Assembly (NCBI GenBank): GCA_965205015.1
Contig: OZ242029.1
Location: 2,272,001-2,336,000 of the forward strand
From: Candidatus Poribacteria bacterium
Lineage (GTDB): Bacteria; Poribacteria; WGA-4E; WGA-3G
Length of the DNA stretch: 64,000 bases
Direction: 5' to 3'
Of the stretch, positions 1 through 9,741 are shown one piece after another. Every line of letters starts with the position of its first letter. Position 1 is the stretch's first letter. The notes beneath the pieces were generated by a model, which saw only the letters and a program-made list of their open reading frames with translations, was not told the origin of the DNA and did not search any database. Made by a program: the position numbers and the translations under genes.

Positions 1-134
1 TCAAAACAGACCCCTTCAGATGCGAACTTGTCCAGATGGGGGGTATCTGTAAACGTTGACCCGTAGCAGCTCAAACTATCTGTCCGCTGCTGATCGGTTG
101 TGATAATCAGGATATTTGGTTGCTGTGCGCTCAT
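1..134 (-). CDS. Sulfatase-like hydrolase, N-terminal part (runs off the window)
   Basis: Manual translation from CAT at 132-134 gives MSAQQPNILIITTDQQRTDSLSCYGSTFTDTPHLDKFASEGV, a typical sulfatase N-terminus. Confidence 0.85.
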   Translation of the reverse strand, partial: MSAQQPNILIITTDQQRTDSLSCYGSTFTDTPHLDKFASEGVCF

Positions 135-163
135 AGATATTTCTTCTCTTGGCATTGACAGTT

Positions 164-763
164 TTAGTGTGCTTGTATTGCTTTGAAGACAGAATTCATA
201 GCCCCGAATAGCGTCGGCAAATTATCTATAGTAAAGTTAGTTCTATTTTGAATGAAGGTATCGCCAACAAGCTGACCAAATTCCCACAATTTTCCGTCGG
301 TAACAATACCATACACCGGAAAATCGGAATCGTCATTTATTTTTTGTGCTGCCACCAATTCAGCCAGACATTGTCCCCAACCTTGTTCAAAGTCGTTCTT
401 TTTCGCCTCAACTAACACTACCAGAGGTGTGCCGACAACCGTCATGCCTAATTCAGACCGTGTGGCAATAAGATAGTCTGGAGTGCCGCTCAAAGTCTCA
501 TCATAGGTGATAGATTTCTTTACCCAAAGTCCGTAGTTTTCGGCGTAATCTTTATAAGCCTCTCTTACGATAGGAAATATAATGACTTCACACCTTGATC
601 CCTCAGATCCGAAAACATCAATATACTGCCTACTAAACTCAAGTTCTTGTAAGAATTGTTCTGAGGGATTTTTAGCCGCAACGCCAAAAAAGTCATGAGA
701 TGCGTATTTGATTCTGAATTTTTCTTGCACTTCAGAAATCGTCTTAAAATCGCTAAACGCCAT
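164..763 (-). CDS. PD-(D/E)XK-fold protein (HsdR N-terminal-like)
   Basis: TPDY...VEAKK nuclease motif, QCLAEL, VYGIVTDG..WEFG; start moved to MAFSDF because of the GGAGG RBS. Confidence 0.65.
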   Translation of the reverse strand: MAFSDFKTISEVQEKFRIKYASHDFFGVAAKNPSEQFLQELEFSRQYIDVFGSEGSRCEVIIFPIVREAYKDYAENYGLWVKKSITYDETLSGTPDYLIATRSELGMTVVGTPLVVLVEAKKNDFEQGWGQCLAELVAAQKINDDSDFPVYGIVTDGKLWEFGQLVGDTFIQNRTNFTIDNLPTLFGAMNSVFKAIQAH

Positions 764-822
764 GAGGACTACCTCCCACAATTCAATGCCAATTTTAAAC
801 TCGTTTGAAAACGAATTATAGA

Positions 823-1644
823 TTATGTGCAAAATGGTTTTAAATAGGTATAACTCTGCTCCGCTGCGTCTTCAGGTTCCATAATCTCTCGGAACGCTTG
901 ATGCACCGTCACATAGCCATCGTAATCGATCGCCTCCAATCCGCGAAACACCAGTGGATAATCGATGCCACCTTCGTCTTGCAACCTAATGGGATCGTGC
1001 GGGACTACACCTTGAATCCACGTCAAAAGGTGTGTCTTTCCTTCTGGGCGGCGGATGTGATTCTGAAGGTAGACGTTGAAAAGATACGGTGAAAAGCGTT
1101 TGAGTGTCTCAACGCCGTAATCCTGAGCACATAGGTCGAGGTTGGCAGGTTCATAGATAATTCCGAAATTTTTTCTACCGACCCGCTTCAACACATCAAC
1201 CGAACCCTCCACTGTTTCAAACAGACTCTGTGTATGCGATTGATGTGCCAGACGGATACCGCGCTCAGCGGCTTCATCGGAGGCACGTTGTGCCCACGGA
1301 ATGTCTGCCTCGACCTTCATCGCGATGCGGATGAGATCCGCGCCAAGGAGTTCCGTTAAATCCAGGTAAGGGGTTATGTTGCGGAGTCCATCTGGTCCCT
1401 GTTCGTTGTTGAGGGGAACGGGAAAATCACCTGTGATCATTGAGACCTTCAGGTTAAGCGATTCCGCCTGTTTACGCGCGGCGGTGATTTGCTCCAAAGG
1501 CGAATGGATACCGACTTGGGAGGCACGCATACAGACGGCTTCGTAGCCGAGTCCTGCCGCCAGTTCAGTCAGTTGTTTGAAGTTATGCGTGGCATCTCTT
1601 TTCGATGCCGTTTCTGCGACGCGTACCGAAAGTGAGAGTTTCAT
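823..1644 (-). CDS. Sugar phosphate isomerase/epimerase (xylose isomerase-like TIM barrel)
   Basis: Fold-typical segments NFGIIYEPAN and GIDY..VFRGL...DYDGYVTV. Confidence 0.7.
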   Translation of the reverse strand: MKLSLSVRVAETASKRDATHNFKQLTELAAGLGYEAVCMRASQVGIHSPLEQITAARKQAESLNLKVSMITGDFPVPLNNEQGPDGLRNITPYLDLTELLGADLIRIAMKVEADIPWAQRASDEAAERGIRLAHQSHTQSLFETVEGSVDVLKRVGRKNFGIIYEPANLDLCAQDYGVETLKRFSPYLFNVYLQNHIRRPEGKTHLLTWIQGVVPHDPIRLQDEGGIDYPLVFRGLEAIDYDGYVTVHQAFREIMEPEDAAEQSYTYLKPFCT

Positions 1645-1786
1645 ATTTTAATTTTACCTTGCGGAGAAATCACGGGCGTTAGAACGATCGGGGGCGTTCC
1701 TCAAATCCGCTCTCCATTACATTACGAGCTACGGGTTATGATGCTATCTTAGGAGGTAAACTGCGTTAGACGAAAACCTCTGAAAA
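1645..1786 (-). repeat. ~140-bp intergenic element, family A (full copy)
   Basis: Colinear with 53575-53716; ends CCGCAAGGTAAAATTAAAAT immediately before the ATG at 1644. Confidence 0.8.
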
Positions 1787-2638
1787 CTATAACAACAAAA
1801 TATCGGCGATTGAAAGTGCCATCAGGACCAGGCTAATCATACCATTCAGCGTGAAAAAAGCGAGATTGACACGGGACAGATCCGTCGGTTTAACAATGGC
1901 ATGCTCATAGATGAAGATTAGCACAACAATCCCAACACCGATATAATAGAAAAGTCCTAATTCAACGAGAAGCGGAAGTCCGAGAAGTAGCAATACTGCG
2001 ATGACGTGTAAGGTAGACGAGAGCCATAACGACCCCCGGATCCCGATTTTCGCCGGAATCGAGTGCAGTCCATGCTTTCTGTCAAAATTAACATCTTGGC
2101 ACGCATAGATAATGTCAAATCCGGCTGTCCAGAGTAGCACCACAAGGCAGAGGATGATCGGTGGCAAGGCAAAAGCACCCTGAATCGCAATCCACGCGCC
2201 GACAGGTGAAATGGAGAGGGAAAGTCCGAGCCAGAAATGCGAGAGCGCAGTGAAACGCTTCGTATAGGAGTACCCCATAACGACAGCAAGTGCCACCGGC
2301 GACAGTGCAAAAGCGAGCGGATTCAATCGCCACGCCGCGAAAACCAGGAGTCCAGCCGAAGCGATCGTGAAACCCCACACAGCACCTTTCGTAATCAAGC
2401 CTGCAGGGATCGCACGCGTAGCGGTGCGTGGGTTCTTCGCATCAAACTCTGCATCGGCGAGTCGGTTGAACGCCATCGCGCAGCTGCGCGCCCCTACCAT
2501 CGCCACGAGGATCCAGCCAAACTTCGCCAGCGAAGGGAATCCATCTGCAGCAATGAAGGCACTCATGACGGCAAACGGGAGCGCGAAGATCGTGTGTTCA
2601 AATTTGATCATCTCCAAGATAATCTTAAGTTTCCGCAT
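1787..2638 (-). CDS. UbiA-family prenyltransferase (MqnP-like)
   Basis: MIKFEHTIFALPFA, NRLAD..FD..NPRT, YSYTKRFT, GFDIIYACQD; multiple TM helices. Confidence 0.9.
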   Translation of the reverse strand: MRKLKIILEMIKFEHTIFALPFAVMSAFIAADGFPSLAKFGWILVAMVGARSCAMAFNRLADAEFDAKNPRTATRAIPAGLITKGAVWGFTIASAGLLVFAAWRLNPLAFALSPVALAVVMGYSYTKRFTALSHFWLGLSLSISPVGAWIAIQGAFALPPIILCLVVLLWTAGFDIIYACQDVNFDRKHGLHSIPAKIGIRGSLWLSSTLHVIAVLLLLGLPLLVELGLFYYIGVGIVVLIFIYEHAIVKPTDLSRVNLAFFTLNGMISLVLMALSIADILLL

Positions 2639-2728
2639 TCTTTAATTATTCCTTGCGGAGGGACAACCGGCATTTAAACTATTGCAGGACGATACCCTCT
2701 TAGCCGACTGCTGATTGCTGATGGCTAT
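2639..2728 (-). repeat. Family A element, internally deleted copy with heptamer repeats
   Basis: CAGCAATCAGCAGTC..AAGAGG 5' part and CCGCAAGGAATAATTAAAGA directly before the ATG at 2638. Confidence 0.7.
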
Positions 2729-3982
2729 CTAAAACGGTAACAAATTGCCTGCTGCGTCAAACGCAAGCGGTTTCGTTTCGCCGATAACCTCTAACCTCGA
2801 ATGCAGCTTCGCATCTTCGAGCAGTACCTCAGAGATGTCGAGTTCCGTTAATCTCAACGTACTCTCAATACGGATCACCCGTGCGTCCTCCGGTTCGGTG
2901 AGACCGATGGTGTCGAGTGCCACTTCAATCGCTTCTTGGTCGGTGTCGTAGTAGAACGGAATTTTCGATTTCTGTGGTCCAAGCGCAGTGATACCATTCA
3001 TATAGGTAGAGTGCCGATCGATCTGGTCCACGAGGCGGGTCGTTGTGAAGTCGGCGAGTCCGATGCCCGTCGCGTTTCCGTCACTCTCTTCCGTGAGGTT
3101 TCGGACGAATATACGGAGAATCGCGGGTTTTGCGGGTTCCGGCTCAAAGTTCTGCATCATCCTGCCGATGACGTTCGTATCCATACCGGTACCACTGATG
3201 TTTTTGCCTGTCCAATCCACGATAAGCAGATCGAGTTCATCAAAGGGCAGTCGTCCCATCAGCGATTTCGCTTCGACGAGGAGTTCACGTTCGGTTTGAA
3301 GGAGTTGTGCAGCGGGCATAGCGACCGCTTTCGCGGTATCTTCGTGCGCGTTCTCAATCAGCCCAATCCCGAAAGCGATTTTTCCGCTATCGAGGATGAA
3401 GCCCCCCACAGCCGTAATAACGTGCTCGAACCCGTACTGGAAGAATGCGCGATGGTAGAAGTTCGCACCCTCCTGTTTGCCGAGTCCGATAACCATCATC
3501 TTCATCACGCCGCTCTCGATGGACCCGTTAAAATCCGTGTGCGCCTTAATGCGATTGAGTGGGACAACGTGATCTGCTTCAGCGGCATACCGATCGAAAA
3601 AAACGGGCAAGCCATCCGCCGTCTTTCCGAGTTCCACGACCTCCATTGTCGCCTTCACGGGTGCGCCGACAGTCTCTTCAGTGATACCGTAATGCTCCAG
3701 TACACTCCGCTGTCCTTCGGGCGTTGCCCCACCGTGGCTTCCCATTGCTGGAACGACAAAGGGGTGCGCACCGAGTGTTTTGAGATAATCAGCAGTCGCC
3801 TTGACCGCGGTTGCGACATTCGCAACACCTCGACTCCCTGCGGTAATGGCGACAGTCTCGCCGGGTTTGATAATCGCGGCGGCGTTAATCCGCGCCAGTT
3901 CTGCGTGAATCGCGGCGGGGAGATCGGCGAGAACGGGTGCCTCAAACCGCTGCTGAATCCGTGTCATTTTTGGAAGTGCCAT
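2729..3982 (-). CDS. Lactate racemase (LarA) N-terminal domain / DUF362-like protein
   Basis: AITAGSRG, PAMGSHGGAT, NRIKAHTDF, GKNISGTGMDTNVIGR motifs. Confidence 0.75.
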   Translation of the reverse strand: MALPKMTRIQQRFEAPVLADLPAAIHAELARINAAAIIKPGETVAITAGSRGVANVATAVKATADYLKTLGAHPFVVPAMGSHGGATPEGQRSVLEHYGITEETVGAPVKATMEVVELGKTADGLPVFFDRYAAEADHVVPLNRIKAHTDFNGSIESGVMKMMVIGLGKQEGANFYHRAFFQYGFEHVITAVGGFILDSGKIAFGIGLIENAHEDTAKAVAMPAAQLLQTERELLVEAKSLMGRLPFDELDLLIVDWTGKNISGTGMDTNVIGRMMQNFEPEPAKPAILRIFVRNLTEESDGNATGIGLADFTTTRLVDQIDRHSTYMNGITALGPQKSKIPFYYDTDQEAIEVALDTIGLTEPEDARVIRIESTLRLTELDISEVLLEDAKLHSRLEVIGETKPLAFDAAGNLLPF

Positions 3983-4117
3983 GCGTTTCCGTCCTTTATG
4001 TTTTCACCTGTCGGTGGACTTTATCGGGAATTCTATCAGAAACGGGGTAGGAATGCAAGGGAAATATGGTGTGGCAATCAGCGGTCAGCAGTCGGCGGTC
4101 GGTAGTTAGTCGCACAA

Positions 4118-4209
4118 GGTAGGTGCGGTTTGATGAAGTTTCAATAAATAACCCGATAATTTGATATTTCCCCCAGGCCCGGTAGGTACGGTTTCCTAAC
4201 CGCACCGGA
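4118..4209. repeat. GTAG-type REP-like palindromes / family B end
   Basis: GGTAGGTGCGGTTTGATGAAG matches 9581-9593 and the reverse complement of 9711-9731; hairpin CCGGTAGGTACGGTT..AACCGCACCGG. Confidence 0.6.
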
Positions 4210-4344
4210 CTTGCACTGGTAGCATTTAACGGGAGATAATTCGTCTGAATCGCGGATTATACGGATTGCGCGGATTGTAAGAGGGATTTGTGTATTGCCG
4301 AATCTGAGCCCCAGCGGGGCGACATCCGAAATAAGCTCCGTTTT

Positions 4345-4623
4345 TTAAAGTGATCTCAAACGATCCTGTCTCTCCTCCCAATCCGGAAGATACGCAGACA
4401 TAAAACTCTTGAACAATTTGCCGTGATTCGGAACAAGGAGATGCACCAATTCATGGACAATTACGTATTCCGTCAATGCCTCCGGCAGATTGAGCAAATC
4501 CGTGTTAAGTGTCAATCGTCCCTTCATTGAGATAGATGCCCATTTCTGCTGCATCTGACGGAGATGAATCTCTTGCACCTTCACACCGATACGGTCTGCC
4601 CACTGCTCTACTGTCCCTTTCAA
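4345..4623 (-). pseudogene. YgjP/SprT-like (M48) metallopeptidase, 5' end apparently lost
   Basis: HELVH zinc motif, NHGKLF, KWAS; family usually follows hsdR; abuts an hsdR fragment without a clear start. Confidence 0.7.
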
Positions 4624-5286
4624 ATCCTCTCTACAATTGCTTCTGCGCGTTCACCAATGGAGATCAGGAAGGGTTTCGAGCTGCTTTCGCCCGTTACTGT
4701 CCGATACAATGCCTTTCTTAAATTCTGCACCTTGGCGGTATCGGAGGCATCGCTTTCGTTTATTCTCTGCAGGGTGGCTTCGTTCAATTCATAGATAGCA
4801 TCTGGTAACTCAAATAGATTACTGTCGGTATGTTCCTGCAGCAGTGCTCGTGTTCGGTGTGCTTCGTCAATCAGCACTGCCACGCTTTCACGAGTATTGA
4901 GCTTCGCCGGTCTCTTATCGCCATTCATCGGTGACGTGAAACAGGTTATTGTCGGGATTTCCAAAGTCGATTAGGGTAACGTTACGATTGCGATTTTCAC
5001 TTGCAACAAAAGTTGGTTTTTCACCGCACATCCAGGAAAGTGCTTCCTGATTTCCTTCAAGTGTTGCCCTAAGTAAACCGAGTGATCGCATAACGTCCGC
5101 GCAATTGGCATCGTCTACGACACCCTTGTTGAGTTTCAAGAGTTGCGCTTTCAGCACGTCGGTAAGGTAACGCTCGGTGGCATTACCGCCACGCATGCGC
5201 ATGGCTTCTGCTGGTGAAATCGACTGCCAACCGATTTCATCGGCGTATTTGAGGAGTGGGTCTTGGACTGCGGAACGTTCAGACAT
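4620..5286 (-). pseudogene. hsdR: Type I restriction subunit R, collapsed remnant
   Basis: HsdR N-terminus (MSERSAVQDPLL...LIDFGNPDNNLFHVTDEW), then a frame change to LIDEAHRT, then C-terminal helical sequence; ~670 bp versus ~3 kb for a whole gene. Confidence 0.8.
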
Positions 5287-5308
5287 GACTGTATGGTGTG
5301 GTGATCCG

Positions 5309-5690
5309 TTAATCAGGGAATGTGACGCGTGTGTAGATATCCTGTAGCGGCAATTTGCAGTCAATGGAGCTCAGTAGCAGAACATCTTCAGATGCGTGGA
5401 ACGCTTTCTGTACCCACTGTGTCTCCGTAAGACGGTAATGCTCAACGTGAATCCTGTCTTGTGAAACGAGGAGATATTCTCGCAAGGCGTTGAGCTCTTG
5501 ATAGTGGGCAAATTTCTCGCCTCTGTCAAAAGCTTCGGTAGACGGTGAAAGCACCTCTACGATAAGGATAGGGTTGAGGAGCGTATTGAAGACGTTGTCT
5601 TCAAATTGGGGGGGCACAGAAAACAACAACGTCTGGATAAAAGTAGGAGCCTTTCGGGCCCGTTCGCACGCGCATATCGTTGGTAACGAA
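5309..5690 (-). pseudogene. Uma2-family endonuclease, 5'-truncated and frameshifted
   Basis: DMRVR...YPDVVV in one frame, NPILIVEVLSPSTEAFDRGEKF..Y in another; break at the G7 run 5608-5614. Confidence 0.8.
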
Positions 5691-5849
5691 TTCTTCCGAG
5701 AATAGTTTAGCGATTGGAATCAATTCCATGGGGATAAAAGGGATTTCATCATATTCTGAGTATCTTAAGTCTTTCGGTTTCTTTGTAAACACAGTAATGT
5801 CGCCAAAACGCGCTACTCTCCAATGATCTGGGAAATCCATATTATTCAT
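5688..5849 (-). pseudogene. hsdS: Type I specificity subunit S, N-terminal fragment
   Basis: PDHWRVARFGDI...IPFIPMELIP is a typical TRD start; joined in frame to Uma2 sequence. Confidence 0.7.
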
Positions 5850-5946
5850 GGCATCATTTTCACCGGTTCAACCTATGCGGTGCCAGTTTTTCGCGAATGA
5901 AGCAGATTGAGCGGGGTCAGGCCGCATCATTAACTTAAGTTCGTTA

Positions 5947-6303
5947 TTAAAATGGGATATAAATAATTTGGTCAATATATTCCTCTTCGTCAGAGGCACC
6001 AACGATGAGAAGCAACTGGTCAATAATTTTACCCATTGGCACTTCGAGATTAATCGTAAAAATGCCGGGAACATGGTGTCCCGCTGATAGATGGTCGGAG
6101 AGATGTTCAGGCATACTTTGCCGATTGTTTGTTATCAAGTTAAATTGGTTCTGTTCACACCACTCTAAGATTTCTGGGTCCGGAGTACCTCTCGCTGGGA
6201 CATCTTCATCACCAATTACCAAGACCGTTAGTGAGGGTTCATGCCTCAGCAATTGCGTACGGTATCTCGGAGAAATATTTTCGTCTATCAGAAACCGACG
6301 CAT
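5947..6303 (-). CDS. DUF5615 PIN-like toxin (VapC45-like)
   Basis: FLIDENI, GTPDPEILEW, LITNN, HVPGIF; 2 nt downstream of a DUF433-bearing gene. Confidence 0.85.
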   Translation of the reverse strand: MRRFLIDENISPRYRTQLLRHEPSLTVLVIGDEDVPARGTPDPEILEWCEQNQFNLITNNRQSMPEHLSDHLSAGHHVPGIFTINLEVPMGKIIDQLLLIVGASDEEEYIDQIIYIPF

Positions 6304-6305
6304 CT

Positions 6306-7739
6306 TTATCCCTGTTCATTTTTGGATGGAGATTGTGTTGTGCCGGCTGATCCGTTTTTTGGAATGTGGGGATGTGAAGTATCAGAATTGGCTTCCCTTT
6401 CTGCTATAAGTTTACGCAAGCGAATAACAGCGGGTGACGGATTTTTCGTCTGTTCTTCTCGTGCCTTTCGGCAGTATTCCAGATAATCCTCAAAATATGC
6501 ACCAACTTTTTCTTGATTTTGAAGATAATATAGGATCGTGGCGTAAACCTGTTCCAGTGTGGGTGTATAGTAGTGATCAGCGATGACTACTGGCATTTTG
6601 CTATTGTAAATATATTCGTATAGGATCGTCTCGATACCTACACGTGTTCCTTTAAGACGAATATCATTTTCTGCCAAAAACATAAAGTTATCTTCAAGAG
6701 GATAGATTTGTTTGAATTCATTGATTCGTCTGCGAATACTGTTTTCGACGGGCAAAAAAAGTGTATGCTTATTTTGGATTAGATTTTCAAGTCGGTTTAA
6801 TACTGTGTGGGCATTCCGTCCATAAGTAAGTCCAGTTAGCAAACCCAACGTCAAGAATTCTTTTTCTCTGAAAGAAATTGATTCATCCCAAAGCGTAAAG
6901 AGAAAATCAACGCACACGTCTAAGGCATAATTTAAATGCATTCGGTCTCTGCCTAAGGCAAGCACAAAACTGTTGTAAGGTTCAGAGATTTTCCAATTTG
7001 CCCGTTTTGCCATTTCCAATAGTAGGTCTGAATCAAAATCACCAATACGACACCTAATCCCTAATTCAGAGTCCCCTATGAGGGACCCCCATGTATCTAA
7101 ACTATTACTATCCGTTTTTTGCTTAAGCTCCTGATGATCATTTTTAATTTTTTCGGTGTCATCTTTGATGGCTTGGATATCTTGGCTTATACGTTCACTC
7201 ACTTCTATCTGTACCTGTTCGATTTCATTCAAAAAATCCGATAGCATGGAACGTGTGTACGCTTGCTCAGTCGTGGCATTTTGAATAAATTCAAGTACAA
7301 TTTGATTAAAGGCTTCCTGTTTGAATGGCAGTTGTGCATAGAAATCAATAATCACTCTCTCAATAATGGGACGAATTCTTCGTTCAAAATCCATAGTGGG
7401 CAATTGATGGTTGGGAACAATAATACAATTGCGAAAAAGCGTTGTGATTTTTGCGATTTTTTCACTTCCATTTAGTTGTGTGAATTGGACTTCGTCAGCA
7501 TCTTTAAGTGAAGCAATAACGTTGTCAAATGTATGGGGATCCACTTCAACCGTTTTTGGATCAGTAAGATCAGCAAAGTCAGACGCGTGTTGCTTAACTA
7601 CCTTAACAAAAGACTCTTTGAAAAGTTCCTCTGCTGTAGTTTTGCAAAAATGTTTGAGGGCGTGGTTAATACCACCAGTAATAGAAAATCCAGTGCCTAC
7701 AATGTTATATGCTGTGAAGACTAAACCGAGTATTGTCAT
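6306..7739 (-). CDS. Helical/coiled-coil protein with C-terminal DUF433 antitoxin domain
   Basis: Last ~130 aa: DIRLKGTRVGIETILYEY...TLEQVYATILYY; first ~345 aa unassigned, AT-rich DNA. Confidence 0.7.
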   Translation of the reverse strand: MTILGLVFTAYNIVGTGFSITGGINHALKHFCKTTAEELFKESFVKVVKQHASDFADLTDPKTVEVDPHTFDNVIASLKDADEVQFTQLNGSEKIAKITTLFRNCIIVPNHQLPTMDFERRIRPIIERVIIDFYAQLPFKQEAFNQIVLEFIQNATTEQAYTRSMLSDFLNEIEQVQIEVSERISQDIQAIKDDTEKIKNDHQELKQKTDSNSLDTWGSLIGDSELGIRCRIGDFDSDLLLEMAKRANWKISEPYNSFVLALGRDRMHLNYALDVCVDFLFTLWDESISFREKEFLTLGLLTGLTYGRNAHTVLNRLENLIQNKHTLFLPVENSIRRRINEFKQIYPLEDNFMFLAENDIRLKGTRVGIETILYEYIYNSKMPVVIADHYYTPTLEQVYATILYYLQNQEKVGAYFEDYLEYCRKAREEQTKNPSPAVIRLRKLIAEREANSDTSHPHIPKNGSAGTTQSPSKNEQG

Positions 7740-7837
7740 GGATTTTCATCTCCTATCAGGCATTTGTTTTTTGATAAGTTCCTATTATCATTATAGCATA
7801 TTTATGCTGTTAATTCAAGATTTAGGAAACCGCCCTT

Positions 7838-9459
7838 TTAATGCTTTTGATTCAATCCAAGCCATGCCAACACATCTTCCAATGCTTTATCCGCCTTCTC
7901 GCGGGCGATGCGTGCCTCCGTTAAATCCGCCAGAATCTCATTCACTGGACGGTGTTCAACCTTATCACCGACATCCACAAACTGGGAGGGACTCAGGTTG
8001 TAATCTGTTTTTGGGCATCCTTCAGTGTGATCACACGGCTCAATTTCTCACGAGATTCCCACGCCTGATAGACCTCCGTCGCGGCATCAATTCCTTCATC
8101 GGTCAGAATATTTTTCGGTTTTCCCTTCTCGAAATGCTGAGAGAGATTGATGAGCAGTATCTGATCTTTACGTTCTGCTGGCTTGCTGCGGTTCAATAGG
8201 AAAATAATACCCGGCGCGCTGGTATTATAAAACAGGTTTTCGGGTAGAAAGACCACACCTTCGATCAGGTCTGCTTCAACAAACTTTTTACGGATATCGC
8301 GCTCCCGATCAGTGTTCTGACTCCCGGAACCGCGAGAGACTGCACCGGTATCCAGCACAATCGCAGCGCGACCATTGTCTGTTAGAGACGCAAGAATATG
8401 CTGCACCCATCCCCAATCTGCTGAGGAGCTCGGCGCGATTCCGTAAGAAAATCGGTTCCAACTGTCGCTCTCGTAAAAAGCGTCGTCATACTCCTTCTGA
8501 TTCCACATCGGATTGGCGAGTACATAGTCAAAACGTTGCAGCGATGAATTGTTCGCAACGAAACGGGGGTTACGGAAGGTGTCGCCTATCTGGATATCTG
8601 CGCCGATGAAATCGTGCAGAAAGGCGTTCATTTTCGCCATGGCGTAGGTGGTGGGAGTCAATTCCTGTCCGTAGATTTGGGGTGCTTGGCTTGTGTCGTC
8701 TGGACGTGTCTGCTCGAATAGCAGACGGGGTTTAATAAGCAGACCGCCAGAGCCGCACGCGGGGTCATAAATGGTGGTGTAGGGTTCGGGATTGATTAAC
8801 CACCCGACCTCCTTCGGAGTGTAGAATTCACCCGCGCTCTGTCCTTGCCCTTCGGCGAACTTCCGTAGCAGATACTCATAGGCGCGACCGAGGATATCTG
8901 GTTCCGTGTCCTGCAGTCCAAGCCGATGGCGGCTTAGCACTTCAATCAACGCCTCCAGTCGTTCCTCGTCAAGCGTGCGTTGTCCGCTTTGGCTCTCGTT
9001 GAAGTCCTTCACGTCAAGGACACCTTGCAAGAGTGGGTTAAGACGTGCGACCTCACGCATCGCCTCAGTGACAAACTCTCCCAAATGCCCGTCGGCGGGG
9101 TGGTTGCGAAGTGTCTCCCAATGATATTCCTGCGGAATGTAAAAACGGACAACCGGGTTGCCTCCCGTTTTCAGTGCGTTTTCAAGGTCTAAATCAATGA
9201 TTTCCCGTGCGGTTTCTTCATCACCGAATTCTTCTATCTGTTTCGCGAATTCGTCATCAAACACGTCGGAGAGCCGTTTGTAGAAGATCAGTGGTAGGAT
9301 GAAGTCCTTGAATTTTGGGGCATCGCTCGCGCCTCGAATGGTATTCGCGGCATCCAATAGCCATGTTTCGAGGGTGGAGATATCCAAGTGCTCATCGTTC
9401 TCGGATGGGAAAGGAAGTGTGGTTTGGCCTGTATCTGTTTCGGTGTTCTTTTTCGGCAA
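7838..9459 (-). pseudogene. hsdM: Type I R-M methyltransferase subunit M with C-terminal frameshift
   Basis: GEFYTP, DPACGSGG, NPMW motifs; ORF stops at 7993 but another frame continues DYNLSPSQFVD...GLNQKH* to 7838 across the T5 run 8008-8012. Confidence 0.85.
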
Positions 9460-9580
9460 TGGTTGGTTTCCTCTGGGGAATAGTTATCAGTTATCGGTTG
9501 TCAGTAGGCGAGGTGTTTTTGCTGGGGTGTTTCCCTAGGAACCTCGCCAGCGGCGCGAAGGAGCGTTCTTGAGGAGCGAT

Positions 9581-9731
9581 GCGGTTGATGAAGTTTAATA
9601 AAATATTTCGGTAATTGATGGGAGACCATGAATTGCCCTACTACAAACGGGATTGCTCGTAGTCGTGCGATTTATCGCACGTCCAATAATTACCGAATTA
9701 AAAAGTTAATCTTCATCAAACCACACCTACC
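9581..9731. repeat. MITE-like inverted-repeat element (family B) enclosing two GTAG REP-like hairpins
   Basis: GATGAAG..TTCGGTAATT versus AATTACCGAA..CTTCATC; inner CATGAATTGCCCTACTAC and GTAGTCGTGCGATTTATCGCACG. Confidence 0.65.
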
Positions 9732-9741
9732 AGGTCTGGAA

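Noticed and set aside
1645-1786. Integron attC sites (GTTAGAAC / GTTAGAC cores in family A)
   Set aside because: No matching inverse core at attC spacing, no integrase, and the flanking genes are housekeeping
2936-4105. 389-aa plus-strand ORF
   Set aside because: Antisense shadow of the LarA-like gene with no recognisable motifs; the same applies to most short overlapping ORFs in the track
7411-8199. 262-aa plus-strand ORF
   Set aside because: Antisense to two real genes and not protein-like
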